Shown: in pieces, positions 48,083-58,498 of the stretch | Position numbering within the stretch: position 1 is the first letter of the stretch | Layout: every line of letters starts with the position of its first letter | Assembly: GCA_965224245.1 (NCBI GenBank) | Contig: OZ245046.1 | Span: 5,632,001-5,696,000 of the forward strand | DNA from: Candidatus Eiseniibacteriota bacterium | GTDB taxonomy: Bacteria; Eisenbacteria; RBG-16-71-46; CAZAMP01 | Direction of reading: 5' to 3' | Length of the DNA stretch: 64,000 nt | Position numbers and translations under genes: made by a program | Notes under the pieces: model-generated | What the model saw: the letters and a program-made list of their open reading frames with translations, nothing else | Database searches by the model: none | What the model was told of the DNA's origin: nothing

Positions 48083-50320
48083 ATGCGTACGTACCAGATC
48101 ATCGTCCTGGCCTTGCTGACCTCGATCGGGGAGAGCGTCGACACATCCGAGGCGTCCCCGGACGGAGCCTCCGCGCGTGAGGAGGCGGTGGTCCTGGCCC
48201 GGTTTGTGCCGGGGTCGATCGCCCTGCCGCCGGGTGTCACCGAGCTGGCGCTGGCGGATGCGGTCGAGACGCCCGGCGTTCTGACCCGGCACGCGCTCGG
48301 CGCCGAGCTCGACGCCGTGGGCGTGGTCGGGCTCGGGCACCTGATCCCGACCTTCGATCCCACCGTGGTGGACCGCAACGGCGAGCCGGTGACCGACGCG
48401 GATGGTCATGTCCTCACGGTCCCGCACGATCTCGGTCTCTGGTACGTCCTCGATCTCTCGCACGACCGGGTGGAGGAGAGCTGCGCGATCCTGGCCGAGA
48501 GCCCGGACGTCGAGGTGGCCGAGCCCGACTGGCGCCGGCGCGCCAACGCGCTTCCGAACGACGACTACTTCGATCGCCAGTGGGGCCTGCGGAACACCGG
48601 CCAGTATGGCGGCGTGCCGGGAAAGGACCTCAACGCCGAGGACGCCTGGGACGACTTCGGAGCCGGGCTCCATCCGGTCCGGATCGCGGTGCTCGACACC
48701 GGCATGGACTTCGCTCACCCCGACTTTCACGAGGTCGAGGTCGGCGTGAACCTCGTCACCGGCGGGCTGCCCGAGGACGACAGCGCAGGCGTCTGGCACG
48801 GGACGGCGGTCGCCGGCATCGCCGGCATGAAGGGCAACAACGGGATCGGGGGCACGGGCGTCGGATGGCAGCTGACCATCGTGCCGGTGAAGGTGCTCGA
48901 TGCGGGCGGCGGCGGCTTCGATTCCTGGATCGCCGCGGGCCTCGACTGGACACGGAGCCAGGGAATCAAGATCGCGAACATGAGCCTCGGCGGTGAGCCG
49001 TTCTCCTCGCTGGTGCGCGAGGTCGTGCGAAACGGGCGCGCCGCCGGCATGACGAACGTGGCGGCGGCCGGGAACTACCAGCCGGTCTCCGGCGGTGCGC
49101 ACTATCCCGCCGCCTACGGCCGGCATTGCCTGTCGGTGAACGCCTTCATGATGAACGGTGACCGATGGGTCGACGACTCGCCAGTTCTTCTCTGCGGCGT
49201 CGAATCGGCCGTGTGTGGCGATCGGCCGGACTACGAGCCGTGCGAGTCCTACCACGGCACCACGGTGGATCTGACCGCTCCCGGTGGACGGGCCATCTTC
49301 ACCACCAAGCACTCGGTGTTCGACGACGGATACTACGAAGTCACCGATCCCTGGCGCTCGTGTGCCAACGGCGGGATCACGGACTGGAGCACGGTCGATG
49401 CCTTCGGCGGTACGTCGGCCGCCACGCCGCACGTGAGCGGCGCGGCGGGGCTTATCCTGGCCATGAACCCCGACCTCGACGGTGAGGACGCCGAGAAGAT
49501 CCTGATCCGGACCGCCCACGACCACAGGCAATACGAGATTGGATGGGACGAGCATTCCGGCTGGGGGCGGCCGGATCTCGAGGCCGCGCTGGAGCTGACC
49601 CAGTGGCCCTACGTGGCCGAACGGCGGACCGGGGTGAGCGGTGGCAGCGCGGTGCTCGATGGGACCGGCGTGGCCGTGTTCATGAACGTCGAAGGTCTGG
49701 GAGCGGCGGGCTACGCCTTCCAGCGCTACCGGGTCGACGAGACGATCCCCCTGGACGACGGCTTCGTCGCACAGCCCCTGGCATGGGGACGGGTGCAGGG
49801 CGCGATCGGGTGGCGGCGCATCGTGGACGGCGACGTGTTCGACCTGCCCGGCGAGAACGCCGGCCACACGAGCATCGCGGCCGTGTCGAGCTCGAGCATC
49901 ACCGTGCGAACCTACTACTACGATCTCTACCGGGTCTCCGATGGGGGATACGTGGGGCGGTTCCCGAACGGTGGAACCGTCCGGTTCTCGTTCACGGTGA
50001 TCGGGCCGGCGCCGGCCCTGGCGGTGGGGGACGGCGCGGTGCCGAGTACCCGGGTATTGCGGGTCGTTCCGAACCCGGCATCGACCTGGGCGGCCATCCG
50101 GCTGCCGTTCGCGGACCGGGAGCGCTCGCCGGACACCCGGCTGTCGATCTACGACGCATCCGGTCGCGAGGTGCGGCGATTCGAGGCTCACGGAAACTCG
50201 AGCCTCGTCTGGGATCTGACCACGGGGACCGGTAGGCCGGTCGCCGCCGGCGTCTACTTCCTGAAGCTGGAAGACGGAGCCGACAACCTCGGGCATGCAC
50301 GCATGCTCGTGACGAGATAG
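48083..50320 (+). CDS. S8 (subtilisin-like) serine protease with FlgD-Ig/T9SS-like C-terminus
   Basis: Catalytic triad IAVLDTG, HGTAVAG, GTSAATPHVSG; AAAGN; C-terminal PNPAS...IYDASGREVR...AGVYF. Confidence 0.93.
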   Translation: MRTYQIIVLALLTSIGESVDTSEASPDGASAREEAVVLARFVPGSIALPPGVTELALADAVETPGVLTRHALGAELDAVGVVGLGHLIPTFDPTVVDRNGEPVTDADGHVLTVPHDLGLWYVLDLSHDRVEESCAILAESPDVEVAEPDWRRRANALPNDDYFDRQWGLRNTGQYGGVPGKDLNAEDAWDDFGAGLHPVRIAVLDTGMDFAHPDFHEVEVGVNLVTGGLPEDDSAGVWHGTAVAGIAGMKGNNGIGGTGVGWQLTIVPVKVLDAGGGGFDSWIAAGLDWTRSQGIKIANMSLGGEPFSSLVREVVRNGRAAGMTNVAAAGNYQPVSGGAHYPAAYGRHCLSVNAFMMNGDRWVDDSPVLLCGVESAVCGDRPDYEPCESYHGTTVDLTAPGGRAIFTTKHSVFDDGYYEVTDPWRSCANGGITDWSTVDAFGGTSAATPHVSGAAGLILAMNPDLDGEDAEKILIRTAHDHRQYEIGWDEHSGWGRPDLEAALELTQWPYVAERRTGVSGGSAVLDGTGVAVFMNVEGLGAAGYAFQRYRVDETIPLDDGFVAQPLAWGRVQGAIGWRRIVDGDVFDLPGENAGHTSIAAVSSSSITVRTYYYDLYRVSDGGYVGRFPNGGTVRFSFTVIGPAPALAVGDGAVPSTRVLRVVPNPASTWAAIRLPFADRERSPDTRLSIYDASGREVRRFEAHGNSSLVWDLTTGTGRPVAAGVYFLKLEDGADNLGHARMLVTR

Positions 50321-50375
50321 AGGCGTGCGAACCGAGCGGTCCGAGGCGGTGGCCCGGTGTTGCAGGAGCCGCGTC

Positions 50376-51347
50376 ATGCGGCGAGTCGCTCCAGCGCTGA
50401 TGCTGATCGCGATTGCATCCTGCGAGCAACGGCCGACGGGTCCCTTCGAGCTGGAGCGGCCATGCACGCCCCCTGTGCAAGATCGATCGCCCGGCGTCGA
50501 CATTCTGCCCGCCTGGTCACCGACCGGGGAGTTCATCGCGTATCGCACCTGGCCCACCACGGGGGGACAGGTGATGGGGCTCCACCGGGTGTTCGTCGAC
50601 GAGGACGGTCAGCGAGAGAGCGATCCCGAGCTGCTTCTGGACCTCACGGAGCTGGGGCCGGCAGGCGAGCTCCGCATCTCACCCGATGGGACCACCCTCG
50701 CGTACTGGTTCGCCGGCGACATCTGGACGCTCGACTTCGCGACGCACGACACCACGCGCGTCACCCGCGTCGGAGACGCCCGCTGGCCCGACTGGCATCC
50801 GGACGGTGAGTGGCTCGTCTACGCCCAGGTCCTCGGCGGCTCGCAGATCGACCCAGACTCGACCGGCGGCATGCACGTGGTGAACGTGAGGACGCTCGAG
50901 GATCGGCAACTCACGCGGCGCGGGGGACTGATCATCGCGGGCGGCCACCCCAGGTGGGATCACGAGGGAAGGAGCATCGTCGTGTTTCGTGGTCGGCACG
51001 ATCTCGAGCTTTTTCGCGTGTTTCCCGACTCGACGGACTACATCCAATTGACACGTACCGGATGGGACAACGAGGCCCCGACATGGTGGCTACTGCACGG
51101 TGAGGAGGTCGTCTTCACCCGTGTGGATGAGAGAGAGGACATGGAGTACGTGATCGACCTGGATACCGGCCGTGTCCGATGCTTCTCCTCCAACGGCGAG
51201 CCCGTGAACCTGCGCGCGTTCGACTTCAGCCCGGACCACACGAAGGTCGTGACCACGCGCGCCGACACCACCGGCACCATCGGCGTGCTCTGGGTGCTGG
51301 ACATCCCCAGCGGTCGGTGGACACAGCTCACCGATCCGCCGCTCTAG
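50376..51347 (+). CDS. TolB-like (PD40/WD40) beta-propeller lipoprotein
   Basis: Lipobox IASC; repeats PAWSPTG, ISPDG, PDWHPDG, PRWDHEG, FSPDH. Confidence 0.8.
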   Translation: MRRVAPALMLIAIASCEQRPTGPFELERPCTPPVQDRSPGVDILPAWSPTGEFIAYRTWPTTGGQVMGLHRVFVDEDGQRESDPELLLDLTELGPAGELRISPDGTTLAYWFAGDIWTLDFATHDTTRVTRVGDARWPDWHPDGEWLVYAQVLGGSQIDPDSTGGMHVVNVRTLEDRQLTRRGGLIIAGGHPRWDHEGRSIVVFRGRHDLELFRVFPDSTDYIQLTRTGWDNEAPTWWLLHGEEVVFTRVDEREDMEYVIDLDTGRVRCFSSNGEPVNLRAFDFSPDHTKVVTTRADTTGTIGVLWVLDIPSGRWTQLTDPPL

Positions 51348-51364
51348 TCAGAAGGAGGGACGCG

Positions 51365-51982
51365 GTGCGCTGGACGACGATTGCGCTGGCCGTTGCCACG
51401 CTGTGCCTGGCGCCGCCGCTCACGGCGAGGACGTGGGAGGCTGGGTTCGTCGTTCGCGACGACGAGTCGACCGGTGTGCTGAGGAGCTGGGACCAGACGT
51501 TCGGCCTCTCCGCGGGTCTCACGCTGCCGCTGGCCCGGAGCCTCGAGCTCGCGTCCCGCCTCACCACGCGCATCGGGTGGTTCGATCGGTACGAGGGCGC
51601 TTGCCCGTACTGCGCGGGCTTCGGGTGCGGATGCGCGTTCGACGGGGTGGGGCTGCGGACCCTGGAGGGAACCTTCACGCTCCGCGGTGTCGGCGGCACC
51701 TCGGTCAAGCGCTTCGTCGGCCTCTGTGGAGGGGTCCTCGTGGCCGACGTGGGGAAGGTCACGCGAACGATTCGATTCGTGAGTCGTCCCGATGACCCTC
51801 GGTTCGATACGGTCGAAGGGACCGGGAAGATCACCTTCAGGGCCCTCTTCGGCCTCGCCGCCGGCACCATCTTCCGCGGTCGCGACCACGGACTGGGCGT
51901 GGGCTTCGAGGGGTCGGCGACGATGGCGACGGACCGCTCGACGCTGTGGTTCCAGCTGGCCTATCTCGTCGAGTTCCGGTGA
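51365..51982 (+). CDS. Hypothetical small outer-membrane beta-barrel protein
   Basis: RBS aggagg plus GTG; signal peptide; alternating beta strands; C-terminal QLAYLVEFR. Confidence 0.55.
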   Translation: MRWTTIALAVATLCLAPPLTARTWEAGFVVRDDESTGVLRSWDQTFGLSAGLTLPLARSLELASRLTTRIGWFDRYEGACPYCAGFGCGCAFDGVGLRTLEGTFTLRGVGGTSVKRFVGLCGGVLVADVGKVTRTIRFVSRPDDPRFDTVEGTGKITFRALFGLAAGTIFRGRDHGLGVGFEGSATMATDRSTLWFQLAYLVEFR

Positions 51983-52103
51983 ACGCCGGGCCACGTGTCG
52001 GCCGATCGCCTTCACGGTGGCCGGTCGCTTTGCACGTCCGTGGCGACTGCCCGGCTCGCCGCCTCCCACACGATCCGAAGCGGCGGCCGGGCGAAGCACC
52101 CGT

Positions 52104-52886
52104 TCACCAGTCGGCGATCACCTGACGGCGGCGGTCCCCGCGTCCGTCGTGAGGGTCGTCGCCGCGAGGACCGCGGCCGTCACCACGGCCGTCACCGTGC
52201 CAGCCACCGCGCGGTCCGCGACCCGGTCCGTCGTCGTCCCAGTCCGACCAAGGCCCGTGTCCGTTCCCGCGGATCCACGACGCGCGGACCGTCTCGCCCT
52301 CGTGGCTCAGGTTCAGAATGCGACCACTGGCCAGCACGAGCACCCGGTCGCCCCGGCGCCAGTCGCGCGCCTCGGCACCGACGCCCCGAGAGATCGCGAG
52401 CACGCCGCCGCCCTCGAGCACGAGACGACCGCGGCGCACGGTCCGGATCTCGTCCAGACCCGCGAACGCGATCTCGTCCGCCCTGGGCCGTCGGATCATG
52501 TGGACGCGGACCGTGCCGTGATCGGCGATCCAGAGCGACCATCCGCCACGGGCACGGTACAGGACCACGCGCTGGTTCCTGAGGACGCAGTCGAGCCGCC
52601 GGGTGGCCCGCACGACGGCGCCGCCGGCGAGCACGATGCGCCGTCCGTGTCGCACCCGGTCGATGCGAGAGGCGACGTAGGGAACCGAACGATACGCGCC
52701 GGGGGTCGCGTCACACCACTCGTCGAAGTCGGGAAGGCCGCCGTGCCAGGCGGTCATGATGCTGCCGATGGATCGGGAGATCTCGGGCTTCGAGGTCGGC
52801 TCGGGAGCCCCGCAACGGGCTTCCTGAGCATCGGCCGACGCCACGCTGATGGCGAGACAGAGCACGCCGCAGAGAAGTCGTTTCAT
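52104..52886 (-). CDS. Hypothetical secreted protein
   Basis: Signal peptide MKRLLCGVLCLAISVASADA; two internal repeats; G/D/R-rich tail. Confidence 0.55.
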   Translation of the reverse strand: MKRLLCGVLCLAISVASADAQEARCGAPEPTSKPEISRSIGSIMTAWHGGLPDFDEWCDATPGAYRSVPYVASRIDRVRHGRRIVLAGGAVVRATRRLDCVLRNQRVVLYRARGGWSLWIADHGTVRVHMIRRPRADEIAFAGLDEIRTVRRGRLVLEGGGVLAISRGVGAEARDWRRGDRVLVLASGRILNLSHEGETVRASWIRGNGHGPWSDWDDDGPGRGPRGGWHGDGRGDGRGPRGDDPHDGRGDRRRQVIADW

Positions 52887-53108
52887 CGTCGTCATCCTCG
52901 TTGTGCCCCCCTCGGATCGAGGAAGGCGGTCCGGCGTGGAGGCAATTGCCGGTTGCTCAGAGGACGATCGGCCCCCGCGTTTCGTTACACCCGGGTGTTC
53001 TGGAAGTCGTAACTCGTTGTCAATGTGAGGCTAACGGCCTCGGGTCGACCGGTCTCGGCCACCCGTCGTACACTGTCGGCCGCACGAAATCAACCGGAGC
53101 CGCGACCG

Positions 53109-55094
53109 ATGACCCAGACCCGACCGACCCTGACCACACCGGCCGAGATCGAACGCCGTTTGCAGTCGATCCTGCCCCGGGTGCAGAAGCCCGGCCGTTA
53201 CACCGGCGGTGAGCTCAATCAGGTCGTCAAGCGCTGGAACGACGTGGACGTTCACGTCGCCCTGGGCTTTCCCGACATCTACGACCTCGGCATGTCCAAC
53301 CTGGGCCTGTCGATCCTGTACGACATCCTCAACCGCGAGGACTGGATCGCCGCCGAGCGCGTGTACTCGCCGTGGTCCGACATGGAGGCGGAGATGCGCG
53401 CCGACGCGCTCCCGCTGTACTCGCTGGAGACCAAGCACGCGATCGCCGAGTTCGACGTGCTCGGGGTCTCGCTGCCCTACGAGACGCTGTACACCAACCT
53501 CTTGAACATGCTCGATCTGGCCGGCATCCCGGTGCGCGCACGCGACCGCAACGAGTCGCACCCGATCGTGGTGGCCGGCGGTCACGCCACGTTCAATCCC
53601 GAGCCGATGGCCGACTTCGTGGACGTGTTCGTGATCGGCGACGGCGAGGAGGCCATCGTCGACGTCGCCGACGTCGTGCGCGGGTGGAAGGGATCCGGTC
53701 GCTCGCGACGTCAGCTCCTCGAGGAGCTGGCCGGGGTCTGGGGGCTCTACGTGCCCTCGCTCTACCGCGCGCGCTACGCGGAGGACGGCACGCTCCAGTG
53801 CACCGAGCCCGTCAGCGATTCGGCTCCCGCGGTGGTCCTGAAGCGCGTCGTGGCCACGATGCCCGAGCCCGTCACGCGGTTCATCGTGCCCTACGTGGAC
53901 ACCGTCCAGAACCGCATCGCGATCGAGATCATGCGCGGCTGCACGCGGGGCTGCCGCTTCTGTCACGCCGGCATGATCGCGCGGCCGGTGCGCGAGCGGA
54001 CGGTGGACGAGGTCGTGGACGCGATCGGCACGGCGCTCGAGCACACGGGCTTCGATGAGGTCGCCCTGCTCTCGCTGTCCTCGTCCGATTACGACGAGAT
54101 CCTGCCGCTGGTGAAGGCGGTCAGCGCCCGGTTCCACCACAAGAAGCTCAACATATCGCTGCCGTCGCTCCGGATCGAGTCGTTCTCGGTCGAGCTCATG
54201 GACGAGCTGATGAAGGACACCCGCCGGGGCGGGTTCACGCTGGCCCCCGAGGCGGCCAGCGAGAAGATGCGGCGCATCATCAACAAGCCGGTCTCCACCG
54301 AGGGCGTCATCACCACCGCGCGCGAGATCTACTCGCGTGGGTGGCACACGATCAAGATGTACTTCATGATCGGGCATCCCACCGAGACGCTCGAGGACGT
54401 GCAGGAGATCGTGAATCTCTCAAAGGCCGTGCTCGAGGAAGGGCGCAAGGAGATCGGCGGCCGCGCGCGCGTGCACATCGGTGTGAGCACGTTCGTGCCC
54501 AAGCCGTTCACGCCGTTCCAGTGGGTGCCCTGCGACACCGTGGATCAGATCCGGGCCAAGCAGCAGCTCCTGCACGGCCAGACGCGCGGCATCAAGGGCA
54601 TCAAGCTGAACTGGAACGACTGGCGCGAGACCTTCCTCGAGGTCATGCTCTCACGCGGCGATCGCCGACTGGGCGACGTCATCCACGAGGCGTGGCGGCG
54701 AGGCGCGCGCTTCGACGCCTGGGGTGAGCACTTCGTGTGGGACGAGTGGATGGCCGCGATGGACGCCTGCGGGCTCGATCTCGACTTCTACACCCACCGC
54801 GAGCGCGCGCTGGACGAGGTGTTCCCGTGGGATCACATCGACGCCGCGGTCAACAAGCCGTTCCTGGCCGACGACTACAAGTGGTCGCTCCTGGAGAAGA
54901 CCCGCGTGGACTGCCGCGATCAGTGCTTCGCGTGTGGCATCCTGCCCAAGTTCAAGGAGCTCCGGCGCGAGAACGCGGGCGACGTCTGGGAGTGCCCGGA
55001 CGTGAACGGCCCGAGACCGGCGTCCGCCACGATCGACTTTCGCTCGCGCAAGGACGTGGCCGCGGGCGTGCCGATCTCCGGGGCGCCCCGATGA
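53109..55094 (+). CDS. TIGR03960-family radical SAM protein
   Basis: VQKPGRYTGGELN, FPDIYDLGMSNLG, RGCTRGCRFC, TLAPEA, FVPKPFTPFQW, C-terminal CRDQCFACG. Confidence 0.92.
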   Translation: MTQTRPTLTTPAEIERRLQSILPRVQKPGRYTGGELNQVVKRWNDVDVHVALGFPDIYDLGMSNLGLSILYDILNREDWIAAERVYSPWSDMEAEMRADALPLYSLETKHAIAEFDVLGVSLPYETLYTNLLNMLDLAGIPVRARDRNESHPIVVAGGHATFNPEPMADFVDVFVIGDGEEAIVDVADVVRGWKGSGRSRRQLLEELAGVWGLYVPSLYRARYAEDGTLQCTEPVSDSAPAVVLKRVVATMPEPVTRFIVPYVDTVQNRIAIEIMRGCTRGCRFCHAGMIARPVRERTVDEVVDAIGTALEHTGFDEVALLSLSSSDYDEILPLVKAVSARFHHKKLNISLPSLRIESFSVELMDELMKDTRRGGFTLAPEAASEKMRRIINKPVSTEGVITTAREIYSRGWHTIKMYFMIGHPTETLEDVQEIVNLSKAVLEEGRKEIGGRARVHIGVSTFVPKPFTPFQWVPCDTVDQIRAKQQLLHGQTRGIKGIKLNWNDWRETFLEVMLSRGDRRLGDVIHEAWRRGARFDAWGEHFVWDEWMAAMDACGLDLDFYTHRERALDEVFPWDHIDAAVNKPFLADDYKWSLLEKTRVDCRDQCFACGILPKFKELRRENAGDVWECPDVNGPRPASATIDFRSRKDVAAGVPISGAPR

Positions 55095-55134
55095 GGCCGT
55101 GACGGCCTCGAGCCAGGGACGCCGAGAAGCCGCC

Positions 55135-55845
55135 ATGCAACCGGATCGCGACGGTCTCAGCCGGATCGATGCGTACCGCTACCGCATCACGTTCGCCAAG
55201 ACGATCGAGATGCGCTACACGAGCCATCTCGACGTGCAGCGCACGTGGGAACGTCTGATCCGGCGAGCCGAGCTGCCGCTGCTGTTCACGCAGGGGTTCC
55301 ATCCACGCGCCCGATTCAACCTGGCGGCCGCGCTGCCTCTCGGGTTCATCGGCGAGGCCGAGATCGCCGAGCTCTACCTGGTCGAGGACCGTGCGCCCGA
55401 ATCGCTGGCCGCCACGCTGCGCAAGTCGGCGCCGCCGGGCATTCGCATCGATCACGTCGATCGCGTGGATCCCCGCGCACCGGCGGTGCAGACCGAGATC
55501 GCCGCCTCGGACTATACGGTGCGACTGGCACCCGAGGTGGACCTGGACGCCCTGGCCCTGCGCGTGACGGCGGTGCTCGCCGCGGATTCCGTTCCGCGCG
55601 AGCGTCGGGGAAAGGCGTATGATCTGCGTCCGCTGATCGGATCGATGACGCTGGATCCCCCGGGCCACGGGCCGGGCGGCCACGACGTGGGTGCGGAAAG
55701 CCCGCCGGCGGGGATACTGCGGATGACGCTGGTGGCGCGTGACGGCGCGACGGGTCGGCCGGACGAGGTGCTCTCGGAGCTGGGTCTGGATCCTCTCACG
55801 CAGCTCGTCTGCCGCGACAGGCTCGTACTCGAGAGTGACTCATGA
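55135..55845 (+). CDS. TIGR03936 radical SAM-linked protein (DUF2344)
   Basis: RYTSHLD, RRAELP, QGFHP, ALPLG; adjacent to TIGR03960. Confidence 0.88.
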   Translation: MQPDRDGLSRIDAYRYRITFAKTIEMRYTSHLDVQRTWERLIRRAELPLLFTQGFHPRARFNLAAALPLGFIGEAEIAELYLVEDRAPESLAATLRKSAPPGIRIDHVDRVDPRAPAVQTEIAASDYTVRLAPEVDLDALALRVTAVLAADSVPRERRGKAYDLRPLIGSMTLDPPGHGPGGHDVGAESPPAGILRMTLVARDGATGRPDEVLSELGLDPLTQLVCRDRLVLESDS

Positions 55846-57098
55846 GACGTGCAGCGACGGGCGCCGCCGGGCTCCCGGTGGTGGTTCCGGCGATCGTGCT
55901 CACCCTCCTGGGACCGGCCTGTGCGTCGCACCGTCCCGACCCGCTGCCGGCACCCGACGCCGCCGTGGTGTCGGGATCGCCCGCCGAGGTGTTCACGGGC
56001 GATGCGCCCGCCGGCAACCCCGATCGCGACGCATCCGTGGAGCCCCCGGAGCCCGACGAGCTGGTTGCCGGCGAGTGGGTCCCGATCGGACCGCCGGCCG
56101 CGCTGATGGGAACGCTGCCCGGGGATCGTGGCGCCGTACAGGACGTCGTCGTGTACCGTGGCGACGTCGTCGTCGCCGGATCGATTCGCGTGAGCGCGGA
56201 TCGAGATCCCGCGTACATCGCGGTGTGGAACGGGTCCACCTGGCGGTCGTTCGACGGTGGGGCGGACCGCATGGTGCGCGAGCTCTTCCGGTGGGGCGAC
56301 CGGCTGGTGGCCGGCGGCCACTTCACGGAGATCGGAGGCATCGCGGCCGATCACGTCGCCATTCACGACGGCGACCGCTGGGCGGCCATGGGCGACGGGC
56401 TCGACGGCGGCGTCGAGACGTTCGCCGTTCACGACGGGGCGCTCTACGCCGGCGGCGAGTTCCGGTTCTCCGGCGACACCGAGATGAGACGTATCGCCCG
56501 GTGGGACGGCACGCGCTGGCGACCGGTCGGGTCCGGCGTCGGTGATCCCGGCCCGAGCGCTGACGTGGTCCATGCGCTGGCGAGCCACGAGGGCACGCTC
56601 TGGGTCGGTGGCGCGTTCAAGACCATCGGGGACGCGCGCATCCGGAACCTCGCCGTCTGGAACGGCGAGACGTGGAGCGCGGGCGGCGACACCGACGACG
56701 CCGTTCAGACGTTCGGTCACTACCGGGGCGAGCTCATCGTCGGTGGCAAGTTCAAGACGATCGGCGGTGCACCACTCGCGTACATCGCCCGCCGATCGGT
56801 GAACGGGTTCGAGCCGCTCGGCGCTGGCCTCAGCCGCTGGGCGGTCGACGTCGCGACCCATCGGGGATGGCTGGTCGTGGGTGGGTGCTTCCTGACCGCG
56901 GGGGACGTGGCTGCGGAGTTCGTCGCCGCCTGGAACGGATCCCGGTGGGTTCGGCTCGGCTCCGGGCTCGACATGTGCGCCTGGTCGGTCAGCGCGACGG
57001 ACGATCGTCTTCTCGTGGGTGGCGGCTTCACCCGCGCCGGCGGCGCTCCGGCGCAGTACGTCGCCACCTGGGATCCGGACGCGAGGCGCGGGAAGTGA
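55842..57098 (+). CDS. Beta-propeller repeat lipoprotein
   Basis: Lipobox-like GPAC; about 6 repeats of LxVGGxF..(I/V)AxW(N/D)GxxWxx(L/M)GxG; ATGA coupling. Confidence 0.75.
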   Translation: MRRAATGAAGLPVVVPAIVLTLLGPACASHRPDPLPAPDAAVVSGSPAEVFTGDAPAGNPDRDASVEPPEPDELVAGEWVPIGPPAALMGTLPGDRGAVQDVVVYRGDVVVAGSIRVSADRDPAYIAVWNGSTWRSFDGGADRMVRELFRWGDRLVAGGHFTEIGGIAADHVAIHDGDRWAAMGDGLDGGVETFAVHDGALYAGGEFRFSGDTEMRRIARWDGTRWRPVGSGVGDPGPSADVVHALASHEGTLWVGGAFKTIGDARIRNLAVWNGETWSAGGDTDDAVQTFGHYRGELIVGGKFKTIGGAPLAYIARRSVNGFEPLGAGLSRWAVDVATHRGWLVVGGCFLTAGDVAAEFVAAWNGSRWVRLGSGLDMCAWSVSATDDRLLVGGGFTRAGGAPAQYVATWDPDARRGK

Positions 57099-58498
57099 GG
57101 GCCCCGGACGCTCGTGCCGGGACGCCGCGTCGCGTGTTCCTCGACAGTCTCGGGTGCCGGCTCAACGACGCCGAGCTTCAGAGCTGGGCGCGCGCGTTTC
57201 GCGGAGCGGGGCATCGCATCGTCGGGCACCCGATCGACGCGGACGTCGTGGTGGTCAACACGTGTGCGGTCACCGGCGAGGCGGTCCGGAAGTCGCGCCA
57301 GCTCATCCGGCGGCGGCATCGCGAGAATCCCCGGGCGCGGCTCGTGCTGTCCGGATGCTTCGCCGAGCTCGACCGCGACCGCGCAGCCGCTCTCGAGGGC
57401 GTGGACCTCGTCGTCGGCAACCGGGAGAAGGACCGACTGGCCACGATCGTGCTCGACACCCTGATGCCGGGCGTGATGCCGGCGCCTGCCCGCGAGCCGC
57501 ACGCGACGCCCTATCCGCGCGCGGCGAGGACGCGGGCGTTCGTGAAGGTCCAGGACGGATGTCGCCACCGGTGCACGTTCTGCATCGTGACCGTCGCCCG
57601 CGGCGAGGAGCGGAGCCGCACCCTCGACGACGTCGTCGGCGAGATCTCCGATCTCGAGGCAGCAGGGGTCCAGGAGATCGTCCTCACCGGCGTTCATCTC
57701 GGGGGATACGGCTCGGACGTCGGCGTGGACCTCCGGACGCTCGTGGAGGCCGTTCTGTCCCGGACGCGGGTCCCGCGAGTGCGTCTGTCGTCCCTGGAGC
57801 CGTGGGACCTTCCCGACGGCTTCTTCGACCTCTGGCGAGACCCGAGGCTGATGCCGCACCTCCACCTGCCGATCCAGAGCGGGGCGGACACCGTGCTCCG
57901 CCGCATGGGCCGCCGGTGCGACGTGGCGACGTTCCGCGCCCTGGCCGACACGGCGCGCGCGGCGATCGACGGCGTGACGCTGACCACCGACGTGATCGTC
58001 GGCTTCCCGGGCGAGACCGACGCCGAGTGGCGCGAGACGATGCGCACGATCGAGTCGATCGGGTTCGGGCACCTTCACGTGTTCACGTACTCCGCGCGGG
58101 AGGGAACGGGGGCGGCTCGCCTGGCCAATCAGGTGACGACGGCGACGAAGCGGGCGCGAAGCGCGGAGATCCGGGAGCTCGCGGCCCGCATGAAGGCCGA
58201 CCACCTCTCGCGGCACGTGGGCACGTCGCGGCCGGTCCTCTGGGAGACCCGCGTGGACGACGGCGCCTCGCCTCGCGTCGACATCGGCATCGACGTCGCC
58301 GCCGGGGCCTCGGACACGACCGTGCGATGGTCGGGATACACCGACAACTATCTCCGCGTGTGTACCCGGGTACACGAGTCGCGGTCGCTGGCCAACCTGA
58401 CCGTCGACACGAGGCTCGTCTCGCACGACGGCGAGACCCTGACCGGTGACGTGACGGTCGCATCGCTGCTCGCCGTCGCGACGCCGTCTGGCGGGTGA
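57095..58498 (+). CDS. mtaB: tRNA t6A37 methylthiotransferase MtaB
   Basis: LGCRLN, NTCAVT, SGC, KVQDGCRHRCTFC, HLHLPIQSG, DVIVGFPGET; GTGA coupling. Confidence 0.88.
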   Translation: MRAPDARAGTPRRVFLDSLGCRLNDAELQSWARAFRGAGHRIVGHPIDADVVVVNTCAVTGEAVRKSRQLIRRRHRENPRARLVLSGCFAELDRDRAAALEGVDLVVGNREKDRLATIVLDTLMPGVMPAPAREPHATPYPRAARTRAFVKVQDGCRHRCTFCIVTVARGEERSRTLDDVVGEISDLEAAGVQEIVLTGVHLGGYGSDVGVDLRTLVEAVLSRTRVPRVRLSSLEPWDLPDGFFDLWRDPRLMPHLHLPIQSGADTVLRRMGRRCDVATFRALADTARAAIDGVTLTTDVIVGFPGETDAEWRETMRTIESIGFGHLHVFTYSAREGTGAARLANQVTTATKRARSAEIRELAARMKADHLSRHVGTSRPVLWETRVDDGASPRVDIGIDVAAGASDTTVRWSGYTDNYLRVCTRVHESRSLANLTVDTRLVSHDGETLTGDVTVASLLAVATPSGG

